Source: Thermoanaerobaculia bacterium (lineage in GTDB: Bacteria > Acidobacteriota > Thermoanaerobaculia > UBA5066 > Gp7-AA6). From it: DNA of 64,000 nucleotides. Shown piece after piece: positions 49,719-58,069 of the stretch; position 1 is the stretch's first letter, and each line of letters begins with the position of its first letter. The notes under the pieces are model-generated. The model searched no databases. It was not told where the DNA came from and saw nothing but the letters and a program-made list of their open reading frames with translations. The position numbers and the translations under genes are program-made. The stretch is taken from contig DATJPZ010000103.1 of NCBI GenBank assembly GCA_035506175.1, positions 16,579 to 80,578 of the forward strand. Reading direction: 5' to 3'.

Positions 49719-52028
49719 CTAGAACTTTACGTCCAATCCCGCCGAGACCAGGCGCCCGGCCGCCGGATACCCCGCCGCCTCCTCGTAGGCGTGGTTGGTT
49801 AGGTTGATCGCCCGCAGGTACGGCGCGAGGAGGGTCGTGATCTGCCAGCGCGCGACGAGATCGACGCGCAGGTACGACGGGTCCGTGATCGGCGCGCCGG
49901 TTCCCGGGTCCGCGTCAGCGCGCGAGCCGACGTAAATCAGGCGCGGCGACAGGTTCAGCGCCGGAATCGGCATCCAGCTGAACCCGAGCGAGGCGCCGTT
50001 GTTCGGCCGGCGCAGGAGCGGGCCGCCGGTCTCGAGGTCCTCGGTCTTCAGGTACATGTACGTGACGTTGACCGCGAGCTCGGGGAGGACCGACTGCTGC
50101 CAGCCGAGCTCCGCGCCGTACGTGCGCGCGCGCCCGACGTTGTAGTTCCGCTGGGTCGTGAAGTCGTAGACGATCAGGTCCTTCAGGTCGTTCCAGAACA
50201 CCGAAACCTCGGCCTTGCCATTGCCGAAATAGCGCTCGGCGCCCACCTCCGCCGAGACCGACTTTTCCGGCTGCAGGTCGGGGTTGCCCGAGAACGGGTA
50301 GTAGAGCTCGCCGAGCGAGGGTGCGCGGAAGCCCGTGCCGCCCGAGGCCCGCACCTTCCAGAGCTTGTCCGCCGACAGCCAGCTCACCGTGCCCCGCGGG
50401 CTCCACGCGTCGCCGTAGGTCGTGTAGTGGTCGTAACGCAGGCCCGCCGTCACCGTGAGCGCTCCGAGCGCGACGGTGTCCTGCGCGCCGAGACCCCAGA
50501 GCGTCGTCCGCGCGTCGTCGAGGTTGATCCCGAAGTTCGACGCGTCGTCGACCTTCCAGCGCTGCCATGACCCGAAGGCGGTCAGCGTGTGGTCGCCGAG
50601 CCTGGCCGTGTCGGACAGCGTCGCCTGGAAAGTGCGCGCGTCGGTCTGGGACTCGAAGCCGCCCGCCGTGTCGCGGTACGCCGGCTCGGATTGGACGCCG
50701 GCGAGGACGACGTCGAGATGGTTGTCCTCGGACAGCGTGAAGTTGCCGGGCACCGAGACGCGCGACTCGTGCGTGAAGCCGCGCGCCGACGAGGGATAGC
50801 CAAAGCCGCCGATCGCGCCGGGGTTCCCGACCTCGCCGTCGTCGAGTCCCCACTCGACGCCGACCCGGCCGACGTCGCCGAGGCGCGCCTGGAGCGAGGC
50901 CGAAGCGTTGCGCTCGCGCCAGTCGGTGTTGGGCCCCACGCCGTTGTAGGCCATGTACCGATAGCTGGCGGACGCCGAGAACGGCCCCTCGCCCGCGGAC
51001 ACGAACGCCGAGCCCTGGCCCTGACCCTGGTTGCCGGCGTCCCCGGTCAGCCGCGCCGACGCGCCCTCGGAGCCGGGGCGCGTGAAGATCTGGACGACGC
51101 CGCCGATCGCGTCGGAGCCGTAGAGGGCCGAGTAGGGACCGCGGGCGATCTCGATGCGGTCGATGTTCTGCGTGGTCATGCCCGCCCAGTCGTAGCCCGA
51201 GAAGTACGGCGAGTTCATCCGCACGCCGTCGACGAGCACGAGCGTCTGCGTCGAGTTCGTGCCGCGCGTGAAGAGCGACGTGAGCGACCCCGGCGTTCCG
51301 TACTGCGTCACGTCGAGCCCCGGCACCGAGCGCAGGACGTCGGACACGACGGTGGTCTCGTGCTTCTCGAGCTCCTCGCGCGTGATCACCGTGATCGCGG
51401 AGCCGACGTCCTTCTCGTCTTCGGGCACCGAGGTCGCCGTGACGACGACGCTCTCGGAGGCCGGCGGAGGCTGTTGCGCGGACGCGGGGAAGGCGAGGAG
51501 CAGGAGCGCCGCGCCGAGGACCGCCGCCGAGAGCACGCGCTCGCGCCGCGAAAGCGCGTCGAGGCCGAAGAGCACCGCCGTGCCGAGCAGATCCGCGAAC
51601 AGGGTGTTCCAGAAGAACGGCACCCCGGCGACGTAGCACGCGACGAGCCCCGCCGGCGTCTTGGGGTACGGAAGAGAGAGCCAGGCCATGAAATTCGACG
51701 TGAGGAAAAAGCCGACCGCGGCTCCAACCGAAAAAGCCGCCAGGCGCGGCGCGCCGGCCCGGGGCGAAAGGAAACGGCCGGCGAAGACGATCGCGGCGAA
51801 CGTCAGATAGATGACGACGCGGCCGGCCGAGAATGCGGGGCGGCCGGTGCCGAAATCGAGAAAGAAGTCCGACAGCGCCATCGCGCCGAGCGGCACGGCC
51901 CACGCCCACCGGCGCGGCAGCCGTGCTCCGGAGTAGAGCGCGATCGCGCCGAGGGCGACGAAATTCGGAGGATGGGGAATCAGGCGGGAAAGAGCGCCGA
52001 GAAGGACCAGCAGAACCGCGGTCGCCAT
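49719..52028 (-). CDS. Single ORF: DUF6580-like polytopic membrane domain fused in frame to a BtuB-like TonB-dependent receptor
   Basis: GGGAGG upstream of ATG 52028. Residues 1-160 are hydrophobic ([19 protein letters not shown]...). Then a receiver-type signal peptide ([20 protein letters not shown]; candidate internal GTG at 51536), a TonB box/plug (SVVVTATS...), a 22-strand-like barrel, and terminal ...SAGLDVKF. No stop codon separates the two parts. Confidence 0.8.
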   Translation of the reverse strand: MATAVLLVLLGALSRLIPHPPNFVALGAIALYSGARLPRRWAWAVPLGAMALSDFFLDFGTGRPAFSAGRVVIYLTFAAIVFAGRFLSPRAGAPRLAAFSVGAAVGFFLTSNFMAWLSLPYPKTPAGLVACYVAGVPFFWNTLFADLLGTAVLFGLDALSRRERVLSAAVLGAALLLLAFPASAQQPPPASESVVVTATSVPEDEKDVGSAITVITREELEKHETTVVSDVLRSVPGLDVTQYGTPGSLTSLFTRGTNSTQTLVLVDGVRMNSPYFSGYDWAGMTTQNIDRIEIARGPYSALYGSDAIGGVVQIFTRPGSEGASARLTGDAGNQGQGQGSAFVSAGEGPFSASASYRYMAYNGVGPNTDWRERNASASLQARLGDVGRVGVEWGLDDGEVGNPGAIGGFGYPSSARGFTHESRVSVPGNFTLSEDNHLDVVLAGVQSEPAYRDTAGGFESQTDARTFQATLSDTARLGDHTLTAFGSWQRWKVDDASNFGINLDDARTTLWGLGAQDTVALGALTVTAGLRYDHYTTYGDAWSPRGTVSWLSADKLWKVRASGGTGFRAPSLGELYYPFSGNPDLQPEKSVSAEVGAERYFGNGKAEVSVFWNDLKDLIVYDFTTQRNYNVGRARTYGAELGWQQSVLPELAVNVTYMYLKTEDLETGGPLLRRPNNGASLGFSWMPIPALNLSPRLIYVGSRADADPGTGAPITDPSYLRVDLVARWQITTLLAPYLRAINLTNHAYEEAAGYPAAGRLVSAGLDVKF

Positions 52029-52134
52029 TCGAACCTCCCGTTCGATCCGACGAAGATCTCGGGCAGTTCGAAAGGCGTCCCGCGCTCCGGAAAGTCGGAA
52101 GACGCGCCCCTCTCGTGGAACCCCGTCCGAGAAG

Positions 52135-52310
52135 CGTGTCGTCCGGCAGGTCTCCTGGCTTCCGGATCTTCCGCCTTCGGGCTCCTTCCCGGGAGCGCGA
52201 CCGGCTCTTGCCGATCTCTCGCGCCCAGTGGATTGCCGCCCGAGGCGTCCCCGGTGACAGTGGCGGGGGCCGCGCGGGATTTTCACCCGCTTCCCTTGGC
52301 CGAACGAATC
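52135..52310 (-). promoter_or_regulatory. Cobalamin (B12) riboswitch aptamer
   Basis: Minus strand reads GGGAAGCGGGTGAAAATCCCGCGCGGCCCCCGCCACTGT...CCACTGGG...CGGGAAGG...AGCCAGGAGACCTGCC (B12 box at 52145-52160). A closing helix forms between TCGTTCGGC (52299-52307) and GCCGGACGA (52139-52147). Confidence 0.88.
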
Positions 52311-52380
52311 AAAGAGCCGATTGAGGAGCCGAACCATAACTCCGCCGCAGTCGGCGATCAAGGGCGTTCGTGCCAGCGGA

Positions 52381-52386
52381 TACAAT
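52381..52386 (+). promoter_or_regulatory. -10-like box TACAAT 9 nt upstream of ATG 52396 (larB-like)
   Basis: gaTACAATccgctggccATG. No SD. Confidence 0.3.
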
Positions 52387-52395
52387 CCGCTGGCC

Positions 52396-53178
52396 ATGCG
52401 CGGCCCCGACTACACGCTCGACCTCGACCGCAAGCGGCGCGTCGGTTTCCCGGAGGTCGTGCTCGCGCAGGGTAAGACCGCCGAGCAGATCGTCGAGATC
52501 TGCCGCCAGCTCTCGAAGGCCCACGACGTGCTCGTGACGCGCCTGCCGCCGGAGACGTGGGAGGAAGTCGCGCTCTCGCCGCTCCCGGGCCGCGCCGACT
52601 ACGACCCGCGCTCGGGGACGCTGCACGTCTCGGTCGGCAAGCCCATGCCGCGGGTGGACGCCTCGGTCGTCGTCGTCACGGCCGGCACGGCCGACACCGC
52701 CATCGCCGAGGAAGCGCGGCGCACGCTCGAGTACCTCGGCGTCGCCTCGACGCTCGTGCCGGACGTGGGGGTCGCGGGGCTGCTGCGCCTGCTGTCGCGC
52801 CTGGAGGAGATCGAGCGCGCCGACGTCCTCATCGTCTGCGCCGGCATGGAAGGATCACTCTTCTCGGTCCTCGGCGGACTCGTCGGCCGGCCGATCGTCG
52901 CCGTGCCGACCTCGCGCGGCTACGGCGCGGCGTTTTCCGGTCTCGCGTCGCTCCTCTCCGCGGTCAACTCGTGCGCCAACGGGGTGACGGCGGTCAACAT
53001 CGACTCCGGGTACGCCGCCGCGATGGCGGCCTACCGCATTCTTTCAGGAGGACCCCGCCGATGGGATCGAAAGGAAAGCGCTCGCCCCACACCGCCGACG
53101 AGTACGTCCACGCCGCGGCGGTCGGCGTCGACCGCAAGAGGAAGAGGGCGCTCCTCGGCAAGCCGACGACGCCGGTAA
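52396..53178 (+). CDS. larB: LarB-like (PurE-related) nickel-pincer cofactor biosynthesis carboxylase/hydrolase
   Basis: VVVVTAGTADTAIAEEA...DVGVAGLLRLL...IVCAGMEGSLFSVLGGLVGRPIVAVPTSRGYGAAF...NSCANGVTAVNIDSGY. The last 40 codons are Arg/Ser/Pro-rich and overlap the next gene. Confidence 0.75.
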   Translation: MRGPDYTLDLDRKRRVGFPEVVLAQGKTAEQIVEICRQLSKAHDVLVTRLPPETWEEVALSPLPGRADYDPRSGTLHVSVGKPMPRVDASVVVVTAGTADTAIAEEARRTLEYLGVASTLVPDVGVAGLLRLLSRLEEIERADVLIVCAGMEGSLFSVLGGLVGRPIVAVPTSRGYGAAFSGLASLLSAVNSCANGVTAVNIDSGYAAAMAAYRILSGGPRRWDRKESARPTPPTSTSTPRRSASTARGRGRSSASRRRR

Positions 53179-54182
53179 AGGTCGGCAAGCGGACCACGGT
53201 CTCCGAGCTCCTCGACGCCTATCGCGAGGCTTCCTTCCAGGCGCGCGCGCTCGCCAAGGCAGCCCGCGTCTTCGACGCCATGATCCGCGACCGGCAGCGG
53301 CCGACGATCATGCTCGGCATGGCGGGCTCGCTCATCGCGGCGGGGATGCGCCAGGTCATCGTCGACCTGATCGAGAACAACATGGTCGACGTCGTCGTCT
53401 CGACGGGCGCCATCATTTCGCAGGACTACTACCAGGTCCGCGGCGGGCGCCATTACCACGGGCACCCGGAGGCCGACGACAAGGAGCTTCGCGACCTCTA
53501 CATCGACCGGCTCTACGACACGTTCATCGACGAGGAGAAATACTGGGAGACCGACCTCGCCGTGTCGCGGTTCGCCGACGCGCTCGGGGGCACGAGCCTT
53601 TCCTCGCGCGCGTTTCTGGCGCTGCTCGCCCAGGGCTGCAGGCACGACAGGGGCTCGATCCTCGGCGCGTGCGCGCGGCGCGGCGTGCCGCTCTTCGTCC
53701 CGGCGCTGAACGACTCGTCGATCGGCATCGGGCTGACCGAGCACTACCACCGCGCGCGCAAGGCCGGGAAGAAGCCGTTCGAGATTTCCTCGATCCGCGA
53801 CAACTACGAGCTCACCCAGATCGTCGTGCAGAGTCCGGCGACGGCGGCCGTCTACGTCTCCGGCGGCGTCCCGAAGAACTACATCAACGACTCGATCGTG
53901 ATGTCGTACATCTTCGGGATCGACACCGGCGGCCACAAGTACGCGCTGCAGGTCACGACGGACGCGCCGCACTGGGGCGGGCTCGGCGGCTCGACACTCT
54001 CCGAGGCCACTTCGTGGGGCAAGGTGTCCAAGAAGGCGACCCACGAGATGGCTTTCGTCGAGACCTCCGTAGCCCTGCCGATGATCTACGGCTACGCGCT
54101 CCAGAAGAACGCCGCCCGAGGGCGCAAGCGCCTGAAGTACGCCTGGAACGGCGACCTTCTCGAGAAGATCACGCGGGTCTGA
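53061..54182 (+). CDS. Deoxyhypusine synthase family protein
   Basis: CAGGAGGA upstream. ...TIMLGMAGSLIAAGMRQVIVDLIENNMVDVVVSTGA...NDSSIGIGL...SGGVPKNY...SEATSWGKV. Confidence 0.85.
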   Translation: MGSKGKRSPHTADEYVHAAAVGVDRKRKRALLGKPTTPVKVGKRTTVSELLDAYREASFQARALAKAARVFDAMIRDRQRPTIMLGMAGSLIAAGMRQVIVDLIENNMVDVVVSTGAIISQDYYQVRGGRHYHGHPEADDKELRDLYIDRLYDTFIDEEKYWETDLAVSRFADALGGTSLSSRAFLALLAQGCRHDRGSILGACARRGVPLFVPALNDSSIGIGLTEHYHRARKAGKKPFEISSIRDNYELTQIVVQSPATAAVYVSGGVPKNYINDSIVMSYIFGIDTGGHKYALQVTTDAPHWGGLGGSTLSEATSWGKVSKKATHEMAFVETSVALPMIYGYALQKNAARGRKRLKYAWNGDLLEKITRV

Positions 54183-56748
54183 CGGACCCCGCCCCTTCCA
54201 GCCACCGGCCGAGCTCGCCGCGCGGCAGCGCCGGAGCGACGTAGCGCCCCTGCGCGAGGTCGCAGCCGTACTCGGCGAGCATCTGCCAGGCGGCCTCGTC
54301 CTCGACGTCCTGCGCCACGACGTCGCGGCCGAGCCGGTGGCCGAGCTCGATCAGGCTGCGCACGATGGCCGCGTCCTGCGCGTCGCGCCCCATCCCGCGG
54401 ACGAAGGCGCCCGCGATCTTGATCTCGTCGACCGGGAGCCGCTTGAGCGACAGCAGCGACGACTCGCCGCCGCCGAAGTCGTCGACCGCGAGCCGCACGC
54501 CGGCGCCCTTGATCCGCTGCAGCGCCGCGATCGCCCCGTGCGGATCGCCGACGAGACTGTCCTCCGAGATCTCGAGCTTCAGGTACGCGGGGTCGACGCG
54601 CGATTCGCCGAGAAGGCGCGAGAGCCGCTCGAGCATCAGCGGGTCGCGCAGGTTCCTTCCCGACACGTTGACCGCCACGCGGACGGGCCGGCCCGCCTCG
54701 TGCCAGCCGCGGCAATGCCCGAGCGCCGTCTCGAGCGCCCAGTCGCAGACCGGCTTGATCGCGCCCGTGCGCTCGGCAGCCGGCAGGAACTGGCCCGGCA
54801 TCAGGAGGCCGCGGCGCGGGTGCTGCCAGCGCACGAGCGCCTCGAAGGAGGCCGCGCGGCGGCTGCGCAGGTCCACCTGCGGCTCGTAGTCGAGGCGGAG
54901 CTGCTCGCCGTCGACCCCGGACCGGAGCTCGCGGATGAGCGTCAGGCCGGTCTCGCCGAACGCGTCCCGGCCGGCCGAGTAGATGACGTAGCCCTCGCTC
55001 GACTGCTTGGCCGCGTACATCGCGACGTCGGCGCAGCGCAGCAGCGTCGTCCAGTCGTCGCCGTCCTGCGGGCAGAGCGCGATGCCGATCGACGCCGAGA
55101 CGTCGAGGTTCTGACCCTCGACGACGAAAGGCCGGGCGAGGGCCGCCAGGATCTTCTCGGCCAGGAGCGCCGCGTCCTCGGCCGCGCCCGCCGAAGGCAT
55201 CAGCACCGCGAACTCGTCGCCGCCCAGGCGCGCCACGGTGTCGACGGCCCGGAGCGCCCCACGCAGGCGCTCGCCGAACTCCTTCAGGAGGACGTCGCCG
55301 AACTGGTGACCGAACGTGTCGTTGATTTCCTTGAACCGGTCGATGTCCATCACCGCCAGCGCCAGCGAGGCGCGCTCGCGGCCGACGCTCCGGATCGCCT
55401 GGTCGAGTCGGTCGCGCAGCAGCGACCGGTTGGGCAGGCCGGTCAGCGCGTCGTAGAGGGCCTGGTGCTCGAGGACCTCGAGGTGCGCCGCGCGAACCGT
55501 CACGTCGCGCACGACGCCCACCCAGTGGCTCGGCGTCGCTGCGCCTTCCGGCACCGGCATCAGCTGCATCTCGAGGACGGCCGGCGTCCCGTCCGCCCGC
55601 CGCATGCGGACACTCTCGGACTGGAACCGCTCGCCGGCGTACAGCGCCCGGCGCAGCCGGGCGACCTTTTCGGCATCGTCCTCCGCGAGCGGCAGGACGG
55701 TGGCCGGCTCGCCGAGAACGTCCTCGGCCGAAAGCCCGGTGATCCGCCGAAAGCCTTCGTTGACGAACGTGACCCGCGGCATCCCGCGCGAACGGTCCGG
55801 CGTGAGGATAAAGATGCCTTCGGCCGCGGTGTCCACGGCCGACTCGAGCAGCGCGAGCGACTCCTGGATCCGGCGGCGCTCGGCGACGACGGCGGCGAGC
55901 GCGGTCGTCGTCAGCGCGACGACGCCGATGAAGGCCTGGAGGAGCAGCAGCGACTCGTTGCGCGAGTCTCGCTTGAAAGGCCCCAGGCCCGCGAGCGTGC
56001 CCCAGATCGCGACCGCCGACAGGAGGAGGCTCGCGAGCGCGGCGTCGCGCCGCCCGAGGCGAAAAGCGGCCCAGAGCAGCAGGGGCAGGCAGACGAACTC
56101 GAGGGGATAGTTCTGCGACAGCGCCGGCAGGAGTCCGCCGAAAACGACGCCGCCGACGCCGAGCAGCAGCGCGAAGAGAAACGCGCCTTCGAGCGCGCGC
56201 CGTTCCTTCCAGGGACGCAGCGGCTTCGCGGTCCAGAGAAGCAGCACGGGTGTCACGACCAGCGCGCCCACGGCGTCCCCGAACCACCAGGTCAGCCAGA
56301 TCGAGCCGACGTCGTCGGGCCGCGCCAGGTGCGCGAAAGAGAGGCACGCGACGCCGATCGTCGCGCTGAGCGCCGTCGCGATGACCGCGCCGAAAAGCGC
56401 GAACTTGAACACGTCGCGCGCGCGGTCGAACGCGCGGCGTCCGCCGGCGAAATGCCCGACGAGCCAGGCGCCGGCGACGGCCTCGAGCGCGTTGCCGGCG
56501 GCGATGCCGATCGACGACGGGACGTGGCCGGTCGTCGTCACGTTGACGAGGAAGGCGCCGACGAGAACGGCGGGCCACGCGCGGAGGCCGAGGATCAGGA
56601 GCGCCGCGAGCGCGATGCCGGTCGGCGGCCACACGGGCGTGGCGCTGGCGTTGAAGAACGCGAGGGCGAGGCCGAGTTTGCCGGCGACGAAGTAGACGAC
56701 GATCAGCGCCGCGGGCGCGGCCAGAGAAGCGGGGCGCCGGGACGACAT
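54169..56748 (-). CDS. MASE1-PAS-GGDEF-EAL signalling protein (c-di-GMP turnover)
   Basis: N-terminal polytopic MASE1-like domain, a PAS-like segment, RLGGDEFAVL (GGDEF), and FEALVRW...DDFGGGESSL (EAL). Confidence 0.9.
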   Translation of the reverse strand: MSSRRPASLAAPAALIVVYFVAGKLGLALAFFNASATPVWPPTGIALAALLILGLRAWPAVLVGAFLVNVTTTGHVPSSIGIAAGNALEAVAGAWLVGHFAGGRRAFDRARDVFKFALFGAVIATALSATIGVACLSFAHLARPDDVGSIWLTWWFGDAVGALVVTPVLLLWTAKPLRPWKERRALEGAFLFALLLGVGGVVFGGLLPALSQNYPLEFVCLPLLLWAAFRLGRRDAALASLLLSAVAIWGTLAGLGPFKRDSRNESLLLLQAFIGVVALTTTALAAVVAERRRIQESLALLESAVDTAAEGIFILTPDRSRGMPRVTFVNEGFRRITGLSAEDVLGEPATVLPLAEDDAEKVARLRRALYAGERFQSESVRMRRADGTPAVLEMQLMPVPEGAATPSHWVGVVRDVTVRAAHLEVLEHQALYDALTGLPNRSLLRDRLDQAIRSVGRERASLALAVMDIDRFKEINDTFGHQFGDVLLKEFGERLRGALRAVDTVARLGGDEFAVLMPSAGAAEDAALLAEKILAALARPFVVEGQNLDVSASIGIALCPQDGDDWTTLLRCADVAMYAAKQSSEGYVIYSAGRDAFGETGLTLIRELRSGVDGEQLRLDYEPQVDLRSRRAASFEALVRWQHPRRGLLMPGQFLPAAERTGAIKPVCDWALETALGHCRGWHEAGRPVRVAVNVSGRNLRDPLMLERLSRLLGESRVDPAYLKLEISEDSLVGDPHGAIAALQRIKGAGVRLAVDDFGGGESSLLSLKRLPVDEIKIAGAFVRGMGRDAQDAAIVRSLIELGHRLGRDVVAQDVEDEAAWQMLAEYGCDLAQGRYVAPALPRGELGRWLEGAGSVRPA

Positions 56749-56830
56749 GCCGGTGGCTCCTCGGGGAAGGACTCTAGACTAAACCCTCTTCCACAGACGC
56801 CGTCTGCCGGGGAAAGGTGCACGCGCGCCC

Positions 56831-56864
56831 AAAAAGAAAAACGCCCCGGTTTCCCGGGGCGTTT
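56831..56864 (-). terminator. Rho-independent terminator downstream of the DUF1573 gene
   Basis: Minus strand reads AAACGCCCCGG-gaaa-CCGGGGCGTTT followed by TTCTTTTT. Confidence 0.75.
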
Positions 56865-56885
56865 CGACGATCGATGTGACGGACG

Positions 56886-57968
56886 TTACAAGGCCTCGCC
56901 CTTCAGCGGAATCTCGATCTTCTCTTTCTCCTTGTCGGAGGTGTAGAGCGTGACTTTCCCGTCCACCGCGCCCTTCTTGACCTTGTCGTTGGCCTTGACG
57001 ACGACCGTGTAGGAAACGCCTTCCTGCGTCGGCACGACGTCGGTGACGAAGCCCGGCACGTTGACCTCGGCCTTGGTGACCTTGATCGGCGTGGCCGGCT
57101 TGTTGTTGGTCACGACGATGTTGCGGGTGATGGGATCCTTGCCCGGGGTGAAGTTGCCGAAGTTGACGGTGATCGGCGTGACCGAGATGCGCGGCCGGAC
57201 GATCCCGGAGACCGGAACCTCGAGCGTCGGCTGCTGGGTGACGCCGGTGTTGACCCGGATGGGCGCGTTCAACAGTCCCTCGGGCGCGTCGCCGGTGACG
57301 TTGACCGCGAGCTTGAACTGCTCGCCCGGACGTCCCGCGATCTTGTCCTTGTCGCCGGCCGGGGAGATCTCGGCCTTCACGTACGGCTGCGAGACCTCCG
57401 CGACCGTCGGCTTGAAGCCCTTCTCCTCGGAGATCAGGATCACGTCCTGCGTCGCCGCGTCGCCCTTGACGACCGAGAAGCGGACGTACGCCTGCGGCGC
57501 CACGTCGACGAACGGCTTGACCACCGCCTTGACGAAGAGGTTCATCTGCGGACGGTCGGGGTCGTTCGAGACCACCAGGACCGACTTCGAGATCGGGCCC
57601 GAGAAGCTCTTGGTGTCGACGCTCGCGTGGACCTTGCCGTCGGCGCCGGCCTTGATCACCTTGTCGAAGGAAGAGACCGTGCAGCCACAGGAGGGACGCG
57701 CGTCGGTAATGACGAGGTCCGACCCGCCCGCGTTGTGGATGATGAAGTCGGTCTCGATGACCTGTCCCTTAGGGACCGTCCCCATGTCCTTGGTTTCCTG
57801 GCTGATGTCGATCTTGGGCGCGGCGACCTTGCCGGCCTGGGACTTGGCGGCCTGCCCCGGCGCAGCCGACGCGGCGGGCTTGGTCTCCGCCGGCTTCTGA
57901 GCCAGCGCGGCGCCCGCGACGAGGAGGGCGGCGGCCGACAACCGGCCGATTTTCAGGACATGACGCAT
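56886..57968 (-). CDS. DUF1573 repeat protein (secreted, three Ig-like DUF1573-type modules)
   Basis: AGGAGG upstream of ATG 57968. Signal peptide. ...DMGTVPKGQVIETDFIIHNAGGSDLVITDARPSCGCTV... is a hallmark of DUF1573. Confidence 0.8.
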   Translation of the reverse strand: MRHVLKIGRLSAAALLVAGAALAQKPAETKPAASAAPGQAAKSQAGKVAAPKIDISQETKDMGTVPKGQVIETDFIIHNAGGSDLVITDARPSCGCTVSSFDKVIKAGADGKVHASVDTKSFSGPISKSVLVVSNDPDRPQMNLFVKAVVKPFVDVAPQAYVRFSVVKGDAATQDVILISEEKGFKPTVAEVSQPYVKAEISPAGDKDKIAGRPGEQFKLAVNVTGDAPEGLLNAPIRVNTGVTQQPTLEVPVSGIVRPRISVTPITVNFGNFTPGKDPITRNIVVTNNKPATPIKVTKAEVNVPGFVTDVVPTQEGVSYTVVVKANDKVKKGAVDGKVTLYTSDKEKEKIEIPLKGEAL

Positions 57969-58069
57969 CTTCGGTTTCCTCCTAATAGACGAATCAAATG
58001 CGGTAAACCCTCGGAAAACGAGGCCTATTTCCGAAAACGACTCCATTAGACCAAACTCCCGAGCGAAAG

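Noticed and set aside
52029-52397. 123-codon N-terminal extension of the TonB-receptor ORF, and 52321-52395 extension of larB
   Set aside because: The minus-strand extension is the cobalamin riboswitch itself, a non-coding conserved RNA. ATG 52028 has GGGAGG upstream. The larB extension lacks any family similarity.
54092-56946. 846-aa (-) and 869-aa (+) ORFs overlapping the GGDEF-EAL gene
   Set aside because: They are alternative frames or the antisense of a gene with clear MASE1, GGDEF and EAL motifs, and their composition is not protein-like.
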